A stretch of 58,743 bases of DNA, filler included, from Dimargaris cristalligena (taxonomy: Eukaryota), in NCBI GenBank assembly GCA_003614675.1. It is 6 parts of 6 records of this genome, joined end to end, with 100 filler letters (N's around TTAATTAATTAA, not from the genome) between each part and the next. Parts side by side here need not be neighbours in the genome. Positions count along the whole stretch, not along the records: positions 29,446 to 39,151 come from ML003244.1; positions 39,252 to 48,952 come from ML003245.1; positions 49,053 to 58,743 come from ML003246.1; 3 more parts are not named here. One strand, given 5' to 3'. This document shows positions 38,063 through 49,105 of the stretch, piece after piece (positions within the stretch are counted from its first letter, which is position 1; each line of letters opens with the position of its first letter). The notes beneath the pieces were generated by a model that searched no databases, was not told the DNA's origin, and saw only the letters and a list, made by a program, of their open reading frames with translations. The position numbers and the translations under genes are program-made.

Positions 38063-39151
38063 GACTATTAAACTTCTGAAGATACTGCCGAGGGTGTGAA
38101 ATGAGCTTCACAGTTTCCTTAGTTCCAACCATTAGTTTTAAGTGGATCCACATAGCACTATTGATCCAAATTGGCATTAGATTAGACATATTCTGAAGGA
38201 CCCTATTCTGGAGTTAGCCTGAATACCAAATAGCACATGGGAGGATAGTTGTATTTTATAATATAAACAATACCAAAGTTAGAGGGAGTGAACTAATTGA
38301 TGGAACTGCCAACTGATAATAGTTTGGGTCAGGGACAAGCTAGCAAATTGAGTTTAAGGTTGCATATAACAGCTAATGTAAACAGCATTATAGCATTATG
38401 GCAGAACCCAGGGCCATATTTTTAGTTCCGTCCAGCATGGCATGATTGATTGCTAGCAGTTGGTATTGGGCCCTGCACATGGCTTATTTGTTGGAATACT
38501 AAGAACATAAAGGAAATAAAACTGGAAGTAAGGGAAGAAAGTAGCTAGAGGATAGTAGGTGCCTCTAGGTAGTTAGTTTTATTGAACTGTAATTTTCAAT
38601 GGGGTGAAATATAAGTAGCTACCATAAATGATCTCATTATAGTAGAAGAAACTAATATAATTGGATAAAATAGGATATGATAAAAAACACATAGGAACAT
38701 ATTCTTCAATAAGATTGAGATAATGTCCCCACTGTCAGATTGAAAGTAGTAGTATGGGTAATTAAAAAAATGGTAGAATCTCCCAAGCACACCTCTTGAG
38801 GTTGACTTAAATGGGTTAGAGACTGTTGAGATTGATGTCCCACTTGATGAGAAATAAAGTTGTTAGTAGTACCAGTGTAAAGAACTGAACTCAAATCCTT
38901 GAAAACTGAACTTTATTCAAAAAGATAGGCGATAAAAGGGAAAGGTGATGATAGATGTGCTGCCATGGGCAGCTGGCCAGAGGCCGCGTAAGCCCCAGTA
39001 CACATTACTAATCCAAGAAGTAGCCATACTTTGGATGAATTCAAGGTCCCCAGACAATTGACAAGTTATTTCCATGGGAATGGTCCGGGGTCATTAATGT
39101 TATTTTATTTTTTTATGCTAGCTGATTCTCTTTTCCTTCAGCTTTCCAAAT

Positions 39152-39251
39152 NNNNNNNNNNNNNNNNNNNNNNNNNNNNNNNNNNNNNNNNNNNNTTAAT
39201 TAATTAANNNNNNNNNNNNNNNNNNNNNNNNNNNNNNNNNNNNNNNNNNNN
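39152..39251. other. Artificial contig spacer
   Basis: N44-TTAATTAATTAA-N44. Confidence 0.98.
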
Positions 39252-39389
39252 ATAAAATATAATAATAGAAAAAACAATATAGTAATGAAAATGGAGGAAA
39301 AATGACCATACTTGTCAGGGGCAGGGGCTCATTCACTCATCAGGGGCGTACTTCCAATAAGTGCGAAGAATAGATAAAAAATAAAAGTA

Positions 39390-41030
39390 GGTAAAAAATG
39401 TGGTAAGTTCACCACAAAGCTGAATATATTTTACTTGGCAGTGTCAGACAGAGGGTAGTCTGTATACTGGAAAAAAGCAGGGTTCCGTGAATGTGACTGA
39501 AAACTCTAGATTCTCTAAACTGGTGTTGGGGTGGTTTTTGTAAACCACTAATGTGTTTAGCATATCACTTGGGCAAACCTCACCATCAACCCACTCATTG
39601 ATCTTTGGTAAATGCTGAGGTTTCCAAAAGGTACCATTGTCTGGAAGCTTTGGTGAACCCTTGGTACATGTCCACTGTTTAGCTATTTTGCTTTCAGTGT
39701 AATTTGGAAAGGTGCAGTGCTGATGAAGCAGCTGATGAGAAACTCAATACCTGGGCATGGTAATGCTCACTCAGAAACAGTATTACCAAACATCATATTG
39801 GTCTGGATGGTGTATTGGCTTAATAGGAGTAACCAGGTGGCCCTGATGAGAGTGTACCAGGTAATATTCACTCAACAGGCTACTCAGGGCAATTTGGCAT
39901 CAGGGAATAACATAAACCATAAATCAGCCTTGCGAGAATCAGGAGTATCAGGTGGCTTTGGTAAGGCCAGCTCAGTGAGTTGTTCCACACCCTGCATATA
40001 TTCTTACCAGAACAAATCAGTCTCTGCATTGCCTGAGTCGTGAATATAGGATAAATAGTCCTGGAATGAGGTCATTGGACTGTATTGATGCTCAATATAT
40101 TTTTAAAGATGAGATCAGAGCTAGTTTAACATAATATTAATGGACCACATGTCAATGTGCATAGGGTAGATGGTTAGCACATAACGGAATGAGCCGGTTG
40201 GGGCCCATCACTTATTGTATGTGTAGAAATGCCACAATTGGTCTGAATCCATAATACAAATTCATATATAGGAAGTCCTCCTTACTGGAAACACCAAGAT
40301 TTACCCACTTGCTAACCACATATTAGCCAAATCGGGATTCACAAGTGACAACTAATTGGTAGGAATTACTCCATGAGCAGCATGGGGTAAAGATCCTCAA
40401 CATTGTGCAGGGAAAGACTAATAGTGACTAGTTTAGCCTCAAATTTTACCAGGCCAGGGAGGGCAGTGTACAGGTGGTGTTAATTAGACAGAGTCTAAAG
40501 AGATGGATGGTGTGGCTAGTTAAGATACTGTAGCATATCCACCCAAAACTGCCAAACACAACCCAAAAGAAAGTCGAGAACACCTGTGGAGATGACTAAA
40601 GGGTAGCAGTAAATTACACACATTAAATCATCCAGGATTGGTGATTTAACTATGTCCAACATCTGTATATGAAGTTTAGTTACACTGCCAGTGACCAAGT
40701 TGGTCATTTATTCTGGGCATAGGGTTCAGGGGCTCAGCCAAGTATGGATAAGCTTCTACCACATATTATATTGTCCAGGTAGTTCAAGCAAGTGTTCTTT
40801 GGAAAGTAGGTTTGTTTGGTTAAATTCATGATCTGCAGACGGCATAATGGCTGCCGAAGACCAGGTTGTGTAATCCTCAGGGTCCACTCAATCAGTGAAG
40901 GGTCTGGTTGGGTTGTTTGAGGAATATTAAAATCTCCAAACCAGAACTCACCCAGGCCTGGCAGTGAACCAATAAAGTAGACCAGCCGACGGTGCAGCAA
41001 GAATTGAGATTGAATTGCCACAGATGTCGA
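39390..41030 (-). mobile_element. Heavily decayed non-LTR retrotransposon (LINE; APE endonuclease plus RT relics)
   Basis: Motif relics occur in the expected order on the minus strand across stops and frameshifts: GDFN (about 40930), YLDNIIC, MGPNRL (cf. PGPDG, about 40200), LALPKP (cf. IPKP, about 39960), CQIALSSLLSE (cf. RPISLL, about 39885), FTKA (cf. DxxKAFD, about 39650) and TLLF (cf. PLLF). The region is CpG-poor. Confidence 0.6.
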
Positions 41031-41558
41031 CTATGGGATTCATTGAAAAGCAACCATCACTGGGGTCCGCGAAATAGAGTACAAGGTCTGGGATGACCCA
41101 GAGGGCATAAGATCTAGAGGATAGATGATACCTGTCATATCAGGGGTATGAGGAGGGGCGCCCAATGTATCAGAACCATATATGACCAATCAACACTGGG
41201 TTTCACCATGGGTGCTCAAAGCCAGGCAGTCTGGTCCTGCAAGGGGCAAAAATGATGCTGGTGGAATCATTTGTGAGTAGTTCCAATTGTCATTAGGAAT
41301 AACCTATTTAGCACATTCTACTAACCCCGCTGCCCAGGTAGCAAATGCTAGGGGCTGTGACATTGGCCATCTAAAGATTGAGCCAGGTCATTTAGTAGAA
41401 TTGACCAAATCCACAACTAGATGCTGAATAGTCAGAAATAACAACAATCCTTTAAATGCTGAGGAGATACTTGTCGAGCTAGACATACCAACTACTGGTG
41501 TGTTTCTATTATCATCCGAAAGAATAATGTATCCCGCAGCCAAATGAGATGACCCTAT

Positions 41559-41647
41559 ATGAGTGAAATTCAGTGTAGCTGTTTCATGATTAAAACGATT
41601 ATGTTTATGTGCATGGGATAATAGGCGAGAGATTCATTTTCAACTAG
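41559..41647. repeat. Half copy of the MITE-like element
   Basis: atgagtgaaattcag...atgtgcatgggataata...ttcattttcaactag resembles 19743-19824. Confidence 0.55.
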
Positions 41648-42448
41648 TAGTGTTTACCTATTCCAAGAGATTCTCTATTATTTTCTACTTCACTAGTGGT
41701 AGGCGGCTAATACGATCAGTGCGTCAGGAAGTCTCAGGTGCTGTCACCTGTTCCTTTATTCCAAAGTGGCTTCACTTTAGTTACGTTAATAAACGGTTTT
41801 GTAATAATAGTCTCACCAAGGTTGTGCTCTAATTTAGAACAATTCCCTGCTCCCAACTTTAGACTTATTCACCCGCCAGATTAATTTCTTGATGAAATTG
41901 TGCCTGGCCTGGCCTTTTCTCCCCTTCATTATTAAATTGGTTTAAGTGTGAAGACACTCCGCTTACAAATACCATAATGAAAGAACTGGGATTACCTCTG
42001 TTCGTCCTCTTCAGCTGTCGGTTTTGATTCTGGGCCTCCATTGCCCCTAACTCCCATCTTTGACTTTGATTCATCGTAGGTGCAATCGCCTCACTCTCTT
42101 CTACATTCCCTCAATTACCCCTCTTATTTGTACTCGGTTCAATTCTTTACTTCGTTGATTTCAACATATAGTAGCGACATATTATTGACCATCTCCAGTA
42201 GAGGCTAATCCCATTTCAACCAATCCACCAAGGCCTTACGTCCCCCCTCCCGGCGTGTTGCCCCAACAGCCAGAAAACCTACCCTATTCGATTTCAACCA
42301 CTTGACACCCTTCTCTGTTGCCTAACCGCCCGAGCCCTGACACCATAGCTTTATTATCCCGGTCGCCTGAATTTGGACCTCCCTATTCACTGCCGACCCT
42401 TCTATTTCACTTGTAACTACTTCTAGTTGGGATCCTTTCCCCCGCGCT

Positions 42449-45289
42449 ATGAACGCAGACGCACCGGTATATATCCCCCAAACCACCAAGTCCAAACCCC
42501 TGGCAGCCGCGACTGCTTCCCCGCAACCTATTCACCCTAGTTCTAAAGACGACCGTCAAAATGGCTCCGCTGCTCTCTTAGCCATTGCCCCTCCCGGTGC
42601 AACGCAGCCCCCAGCTGGCCAACGCAAATCTAACCAGCGGTCCAAAGAACCCAAGGAACAACAGGCTGCCCGCCTAACTACTGGTCAGCGAACGTCAACT
42701 CGTATTTCCGATGGTGCTAGCGATACCCCCTCTATCAGGGCCGCCGAATTGTCGATGGAGTCCCCAGACACCCAGCCCGGTAACCGGCCCAAACCCCGCC
42801 AAGGGGCTAAACGCACACCCCAGTCCCTGAACCACCTTCTCAACTTCAGCCTACCCCCACGCCAGCCCCCCATATCAAACCAGGAGCTCCAGGCCCGCCG
42901 CCGCCGTAAACAACGCACGACAACCAGTAGCAGCTACGCACCCTACCGTAAGGAACGCTTTCTAAATGCCAACTACCGGTTTCTGGTGGACCCCACCGGG
43001 GATTACAATGTGCAGTTCTGTGATCCGGACGTGGCAGTGCCGTGGGACCGAATCCGCCAAGTCCTCCTGGCCGATACGGCCAAATCGCACCAATGTCCCA
43101 TCTGTCTTAGTCCACCCGTGGCCGCCCGGGTTACCAAGTGCGGACATGTCTACTGCCTTCCCTGTATCACCCGCTATCTAAACAGTATTACAGCCAGCAC
43201 CACTGAGGCCATTCAGCAGGAAACGAAACGCGCGTGGAAGAAGTGTCCCATCTGCTGGGACCCCATCTACCCGCATGATTTGAAAAGCGTTCGCCTATGG
43301 ACCGTCTGGAATTTGGCATCGCTGGCTACTGCGGGGGAAACAGCTGCGAACAAAGCCTCGGGCCTAAATACCGTCACCCTTCGCTTAGTCCAGCGCGAGC
43401 CAAGAGCCGTGGTAGCGATGCCCGCCAACAACCGCCTTTACTTTTCATCGGCCTTCCAGGCCTTGCTCACGTACCCCCAGGTACCATGGGACTTTGTCCC
43501 CGATGCACTGGCCTTCGCCAAGCTCATTTTAGCCTCGCCCACCTACTTGGCCCAAGAGACCCAAGCCGACCTGGTCCAGATGCGCGAATCGCTAATCGAA
43601 AATCGCAGTTTAGGCGACGGGGCTGCCTGCCAGTCCTTGGAGCAGTGTATCGATCAGCTTTCCGCAACTGCCGCAGCTGACCAGTCTGGGCCTCGAAAGA
43701 TCCCTACACTGGGCCGCGAGACCCAGGCGCGGGAGTTTGTGAGTAACTCCGGGGCGATGGTCGCTCCTACCCTGACCGAGTCGGACCGTGTCACGGGCGA
43801 CTTCTTCCACTACTACCAGTCGGACGATGGGCAGCACATTTATCTCCATCCGTTGGACTGGCGGGTGGTCCGGCAGGCCTACGCTGGGGCATCGGACTCG
43901 GGGCCACCCACCAGTCATGGCGTTTTCCCTGCCGAACTTACGGTACATGTGGAAGCCACCGAGGACACCACCATGACCGAGGACTTGCGCAACCGATGTA
44001 AATACCTCGATCATCTGCCCCTGGGTTGTGACTTGACATTTATTCAGGTGGATCTACAACCTCTCGTCCCGTCGGACTGTTACGAGCAGTACCGCGCTAC
44101 CTTGGAGCAACGACGCCAAAAACGCCAAGAAAAGACCCGGCGGGAACAAAATGAAAAACAGGCGGCTGAGCGTCGAGACGCCCGTCGAATCTACGGCAAG
44201 AGTCGGACCAACGGGGGTGAGGTTGGTGGGGGAGCTTCGGGGTTAACCTCAGTCACAAGCTTCGCGGATCCGGACGCCTTCCCTGTGTTTACATTGTCTA
44301 CCCGGCCCCCCGATAGTGTTGGTGGCCGGGTGGGTTCTGAGGGGAAAATGGATGTGACGACCACTGAGGGTGATAGTTCGCCCCAGCTGTCTTTTGCTGC
44401 CGCGGTAACCACCCCCGACTCCCCCTGGAGGTCGGCGAATGATACTTACCAATTTGTCGAAGACGACTTTCCCTCAATGTTGGGTGGCGGCGGAGCCCGC
44501 GGCACGGCGATTACTGCCGGCGCTTCTAAATCAAGTATGCAACGGTTGGTCAATAAGAGAATCATGCGCCACTCTCCGCCCCCTTCACTAACTGATAATG
44601 ACACCAACGGGAACCCACCTGCCGAAACCTCGCATTCGACTGGGGTCGTTGATGCCCCGGTAGTGGATCCGTTTTATGACGTTGAAATCGCCTCGCACTA
44701 CCATGCTGATTTCCCATCGACGAACAGTTTGCCCTCCCGCAATGGGGCTACTGCTCTGGATCACGACCACGATTACTACCACCAGTACGGAGACTCTGAT
44801 GATGAGGGGGACCATGGTACGATGGATGCAGCTGAGTACCAACGCCAGTTTCTCGAAGCCGAGCCCAGTATCGATGATGATTTCGACGACTACGACCTAC
44901 ATGAGTTTGATTTCCCCGTCAACAAATTGTCCAAGGCGTCGTCCCGGGCCGCCCGGTTTTCATCTAAATCGTCCCCGGCAGTTTCGCGATCCCAAAGTCA
45001 GACATCCCTTCTTACTCATTATTCAGCGAAGGAGGGGCCCAATAACAGCGGCAGTAGTGGTCTGACCCCGGTCCGTCATTCACGTTCGACCATTAATGAA
45101 TCGCCCGCTAGATCAGCTGCCCAGCGACTTGATTTTGATTTGACCAATGCCATCCAAGCTCAATCAATCACGCCCACCAATAATGGCGCCCCCCCCTCAT
45201 CCCTTCCCCCTAAACGTAAGGGTAAAAAGAAGGGTAAGAAGGACAAACATATTCTATTTAGCACGGCCCAGGGCGGACGTCAGGTGTGA
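42449..45289 (+). CDS. RNF10: RING finger E3 ubiquitin ligase RNF10/Mag2 (ribosome quality control), 946 aa
   Basis: SLNHLLNF, KERFLNANYRF, C3HC4 RING CPICL...CGHVYCLPC...CPIC, YYQSDDGQHIYLHPLD, YLDHLPLGC, a coiled coil and a basic C-terminus KKKGKK...ILFST. Confidence 0.93.
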   Translation: MNADAPVYIPQTTKSKPLAAATASPQPIHPSSKDDRQNGSAALLAIAPPGATQPPAGQRKSNQRSKEPKEQQAARLTTGQRTSTRISDGASDTPSIRAAELSMESPDTQPGNRPKPRQGAKRTPQSLNHLLNFSLPPRQPPISNQELQARRRRKQRTTTSSSYAPYRKERFLNANYRFLVDPTGDYNVQFCDPDVAVPWDRIRQVLLADTAKSHQCPICLSPPVAARVTKCGHVYCLPCITRYLNSITASTTEAIQQETKRAWKKCPICWDPIYPHDLKSVRLWTVWNLASLATAGETAANKASGLNTVTLRLVQREPRAVVAMPANNRLYFSSAFQALLTYPQVPWDFVPDALAFAKLILASPTYLAQETQADLVQMRESLIENRSLGDGAACQSLEQCIDQLSATAAADQSGPRKIPTLGRETQAREFVSNSGAMVAPTLTESDRVTGDFFHYYQSDDGQHIYLHPLDWRVVRQAYAGASDSGPPTSHGVFPAELTVHVEATEDTTMTEDLRNRCKYLDHLPLGCDLTFIQVDLQPLVPSDCYEQYRATLEQRRQKRQEKTRREQNEKQAAERRDARRIYGKSRTNGGEVGGGASGLTSVTSFADPDAFPVFTLSTRPPDSVGGRVGSEGKMDVTTTEGDSSPQLSFAAAVTTPDSPWRSANDTYQFVEDDFPSMLGGGGARGTAITAGASKSSMQRLVNKRIMRHSPPPSLTDNDTNGNPPAETSHSTGVVDAPVVDPFYDVEIASHYHADFPSTNSLPSRNGATALDHDHDYYHQYGDSDDEGDHGTMDAAEYQRQFLEAEPSIDDDFDDYDLHEFDFPVNKLSKASSRAARFSSKSSPAVSRSQSQTSLLTHYSAKEGPNNSGSSGLTPVRHSRSTINESPARSAAQRLDFDLTNAIQAQSITPTNNGAPPSSLPPKRKGKKKGKKDKHILFSTAQGGRQV

Positions 45290-47408
45290 TATTGGGCAGT
45301 CAGCGGTGGTATTGGTTTTATGTTTATCGCGTTTTGTATTTCCGACCCCAAATTATCGTTCGCTGATTCAAATGAGATCAGCTCGTAACTTGCTTTTTAT
45401 TTATTTATATTCATCTAAACTATAAATTCGAAGGTGCGCGTGGAACAACCCCATTGTTAAATAGGATAGAACTTTGGTCCAGCTGTATAACTACTAATTC
45501 GTGTGGTGGGGACAGTCTGAACTAGTTCAAAGTTATTGTCCCGCTTGCATTAGTTAGCTATACGCCATGCAAAGCCCTATACGGCTGCACTGGATTTCGT
45601 CCAAATGTTCGACTACGTAGCAAGGTAGTGCCGTTGGCTGTCTTCGTAAATGACCGTGTAATTTGCCGATGTTTTCTATTCATGTGTGTAATTAGCAGTT
45701 CAGGTGAACTAATGACTCGCAGGGCATACCAATAACCATGCATCTAACGCCATATCAATGTTGCGACTGTTATCTACCTCGCTGCCAAACCAATATACAT
45801 TCTAAATCGACACTTAGTACCCATTACGGGGAACTACTTATCGCTCACCTCCCACAGCTTTCCCAACATTTCAGCCCATATTCGCCCCTTGAAACAATAT
45901 TATTTTGTTCCTTGTAAATCTAATCACATCGTACTCGATTTTATAGTTATTTAAGCCAGCAGTCGAAAACCTATATTGCATACCCATTATTGGCATTCTG
46001 CCCTCCCCTTCCCTACCCATACGCCCCCATAAACCTACAATCGTGGTAAAAGGACTGGGAGTATATTATATTCTTACCTATTTATCCGGTATGTTTATAT
46101 AGTATTGTACTCACATTGCTACCGTTGCGTACAGTATTCACCTTTGAGCGCCATCTGAATTACCGAAGAAGGTATGTCTCGAATACCTTCAGGATTGTTG
46201 TATCGACTCAACCACAATCTATTTGTAGCATCTGAATAAATACTCCACCCACATCTTCTAATTGTTTAAAATTTTGGCCACCAGCTCCAAGTCGCCGACG
46301 CACGTCGATGATCCCTACTGTGGTCTTTCCCGCGAGACTTACTTTAACTAACAGTTCTGGTCAAACAAAAGCCATTATACGAAACCCCGGAGCCCACTTT
46401 AGTCTTGGAATTTTACCTGTCAGCTAGTAACGCTTTCCGGCCTGTAATCACAGTCTCTGATTAGTGTTTCTCGAAGGTGTGATAGGGTTAATATTTCATG
46501 ACACCTTAGTGGTTCTTGACCTACATCCCATTCTAGTGCTCCGTGATATAATGAATAGCTCAACTGGCTCAAATGACCAACCAGGAAAATGGCAACGGGG
46601 GACACTTGGATCCTCGCCATAACCAGAAATCAGCACCGTTTACTTTTTGAAACAGACAAGGGTTATCCCATTTGCTTCCAAGGTCTATATACCCCAGTCA
46701 CAATCACCAGTAATTTATCGACAGATGGCCGAAACTCTAGTGGCATAGAGATGGACATGGTATTGTTTACCAACTGCTGTTTTCCCCGGCCATTAAGCTC
46801 AGCACAAATTAGTGAAACCGTACCTCATTTAAGTATTTGACTATATATATAGCCATCTGCAGATGCCCTGGATGTGTGTAGGCAAGGCTTACCACTAACC
46901 ATCGTGAATGGCACTGATAAAGGCCTGGCATATGCTTTGCCTATTACTACTTTAATGACAAAGGTTAAAGGGAACAGATACTTGGAGGTTTAGGCCCGAC
47001 TTCCAGTCTCTTCCAAATAAATAATAACTGAATACATTCACACCACCCGTGATTTTTTAGTCCAGAGTATATTTACCCCCACTTTCAATTCATATAGAAT
47101 TGACAAACCCCGGCAAGTAAATTGGGATACTTCCATATGGTGTACGTGTGGGGAGGTGGGCGTAGAATACACAACAAAGTTGACCACTAATATATTATTG
47201 AGATTTAACCAAGTGTGAATTCCATTTGAATTGAACCTCCTCGTTTATTAATCAGAATTCCCAAACCTGGGTAAAGTAAATTTGCGAATCATGACCAACT
47301 TGAAGCAGGAAAGAGCTATAAACTACAAACTAATGGATGAAGGTATACGTTTGGTAATAAAAAAAACATAATAAAAGCCCTTCCTGGCAACTCGGGAAAT
47401 GTTCTCAA

Positions 47409-48906
47409 TCAGCGGGCCGTTAGTTTCACCATCAGTTCACGGTTCTTCGGCCGCAGAGTGATATATTCAAATGGGACTACATTGGGATTGGCGGGGTTGC
47501 TGAATTCGCAGTGGAAGTGTCGAATAAGATTTGCTATGATCAGACGAAGTTCCATCAACGCCAAGTTGCGCCCTAAACAGCCTCGGGGTCCGGAGAGAAA
47601 TGTAAGGGTGGACTGCTTAAGTGTATTCATATCTGCCACCTCCAACCAGCGTTCAGGAATAAACTCATCAGCTCTATCAAAAGCGAGCGGTGAGTGGTTA
47701 ATGGCGTAAATGGGGGCTGCCAATATGTATCCACCGGGGATAAAATAGGAGCCGATTGTCAAGCCTTCTGGGGGAATGGTGCGGGGGATGGCAGTAGCCG
47801 CTGGTGGATAGAAACGCAAGGCTTCTTGGATGACAGCCTCTAGATAAGGTAGACGAGTCTTGATGTCATCATAGCTAATGAGATCCACTTCCGAATCAGG
47901 GTTTACGTCCTGCGATGGGATTGATGGAAAAGCATCTAGGACCTCAGCCTCCAAACGACGATAACATTCCGGATGCGTTAGCAATCCATACATGACCCAC
48001 GTTAGGGCATACCCGGTAGTATCTGAACCAGCTACCAGCTGAAGCAGCGATTCGCTGGCCAGATCAGTGTCGCTCAGCTTCTCCTCTGCGTTAGAGTCAG
48101 CGGCCTCAATCATTAGCTGCAGAATATCATTAGGAACCGCATCGCGATCTCCATCCTGATCGGCAGTGGTTAACAGGGCCCGGCGACGAGCAATAGCCTC
48201 TACGGCCAGCTGAGTTAAGCTGTTCAGGGCCATCTCGCCTCGTCTGACTGGCGGAATTAAGTTGCCGAGTCGGCCTTTGAGTATCGGGAGGGCGCGGATC
48301 ATGGAGGCATAAATGAAATAATCGCCCAGCCAGTTGACGACCGTCATATCGTCTTGTTCAACGGCACCGAATGTTTGACCAAAAACGAGATACCCGATGA
48401 CATCCTGTTGTTTGGGTTTAATAAAGTGTGAATGTGGACAAAGTAGGGGAGCAACGTCGGTGTAAGAAGCTGAGTTAATTGGCTCTATCCAGGTGTCATC
48501 GAACCCTGACAAACTGGGCTGGACAGCTCTTAACCAATAGGGTACATGGTAACTTTAATTAGTTGAGAAGAGTGCTAAAAACTTACGAAGGTCACGCCAA
48601 CGAACTCCTTGTACAGGTTGATTTCAGGTGCTAGCTCTTGGCGACGCATTTGGCGAAGTTTCTTAATCAGGGGCCGGACCCCAGAATCTTGAATGGCATC
48701 CTCCATTCGATGTAAACTCGCCCATGTAAACACGGGGGCTAGAATCCCCTTGCGCTTGCGGTGGAAGACAGGATCGCTAGTGGAAAAGGTGGTGGGCTCG
48801 AAGGGCTCAAAAACAACTTTGTAAACGTGCACCGGCTTAAGATACTTGTGGTTACTTAAGAGGTCTTTGACAACCTGACAATCACTGATGCTCACGCCTC
48901 GAGGCC
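47409..48906 (-). CDS. Cytochrome P450, 5'-truncated by the contig end (exons 48906-48587 and 48404-47409)
   Basis: I-helix AGSDTT, K-helix EALR, PERW and heme loop FLSGPRGCLG. A phase-0 GTAAGT...CAG intron joins VTF|DVIG. Confidence 0.93.
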
Positions 48907-48952
48907 CTACTCATGTGATGGACCGATGAAAAATGATTATTTGCATAATGAT

Positions 48953-49052
48953 NNNNNNNNNNNNNNNNNNNNNNNNNNNNNNNNNNNNNNNNNNNNTTAA
49001 TTAATTAANNNNNNNNNNNNNNNNNNNNNNNNNNNNNNNNNNNNNNNNNNNN
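48953..49052. other. Artificial contig spacer
   Basis: N44-TTAATTAATTAA-N44. Confidence 0.98.
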
Positions 49053-49053
49053 G

Positions 49054-49105
49054 CCCATACACGTATATTGTAAGACCTTATACAGCTGGTTTGAATTTTA
49101 CCCAT
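49054..49105. repeat. Partial copy of the MITE-like element at contig start
   Basis: cccatacacgtatattgtaagaccttatacagctggtttgaattttacccat matches both arms of 19637-19824. Confidence 0.65.
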
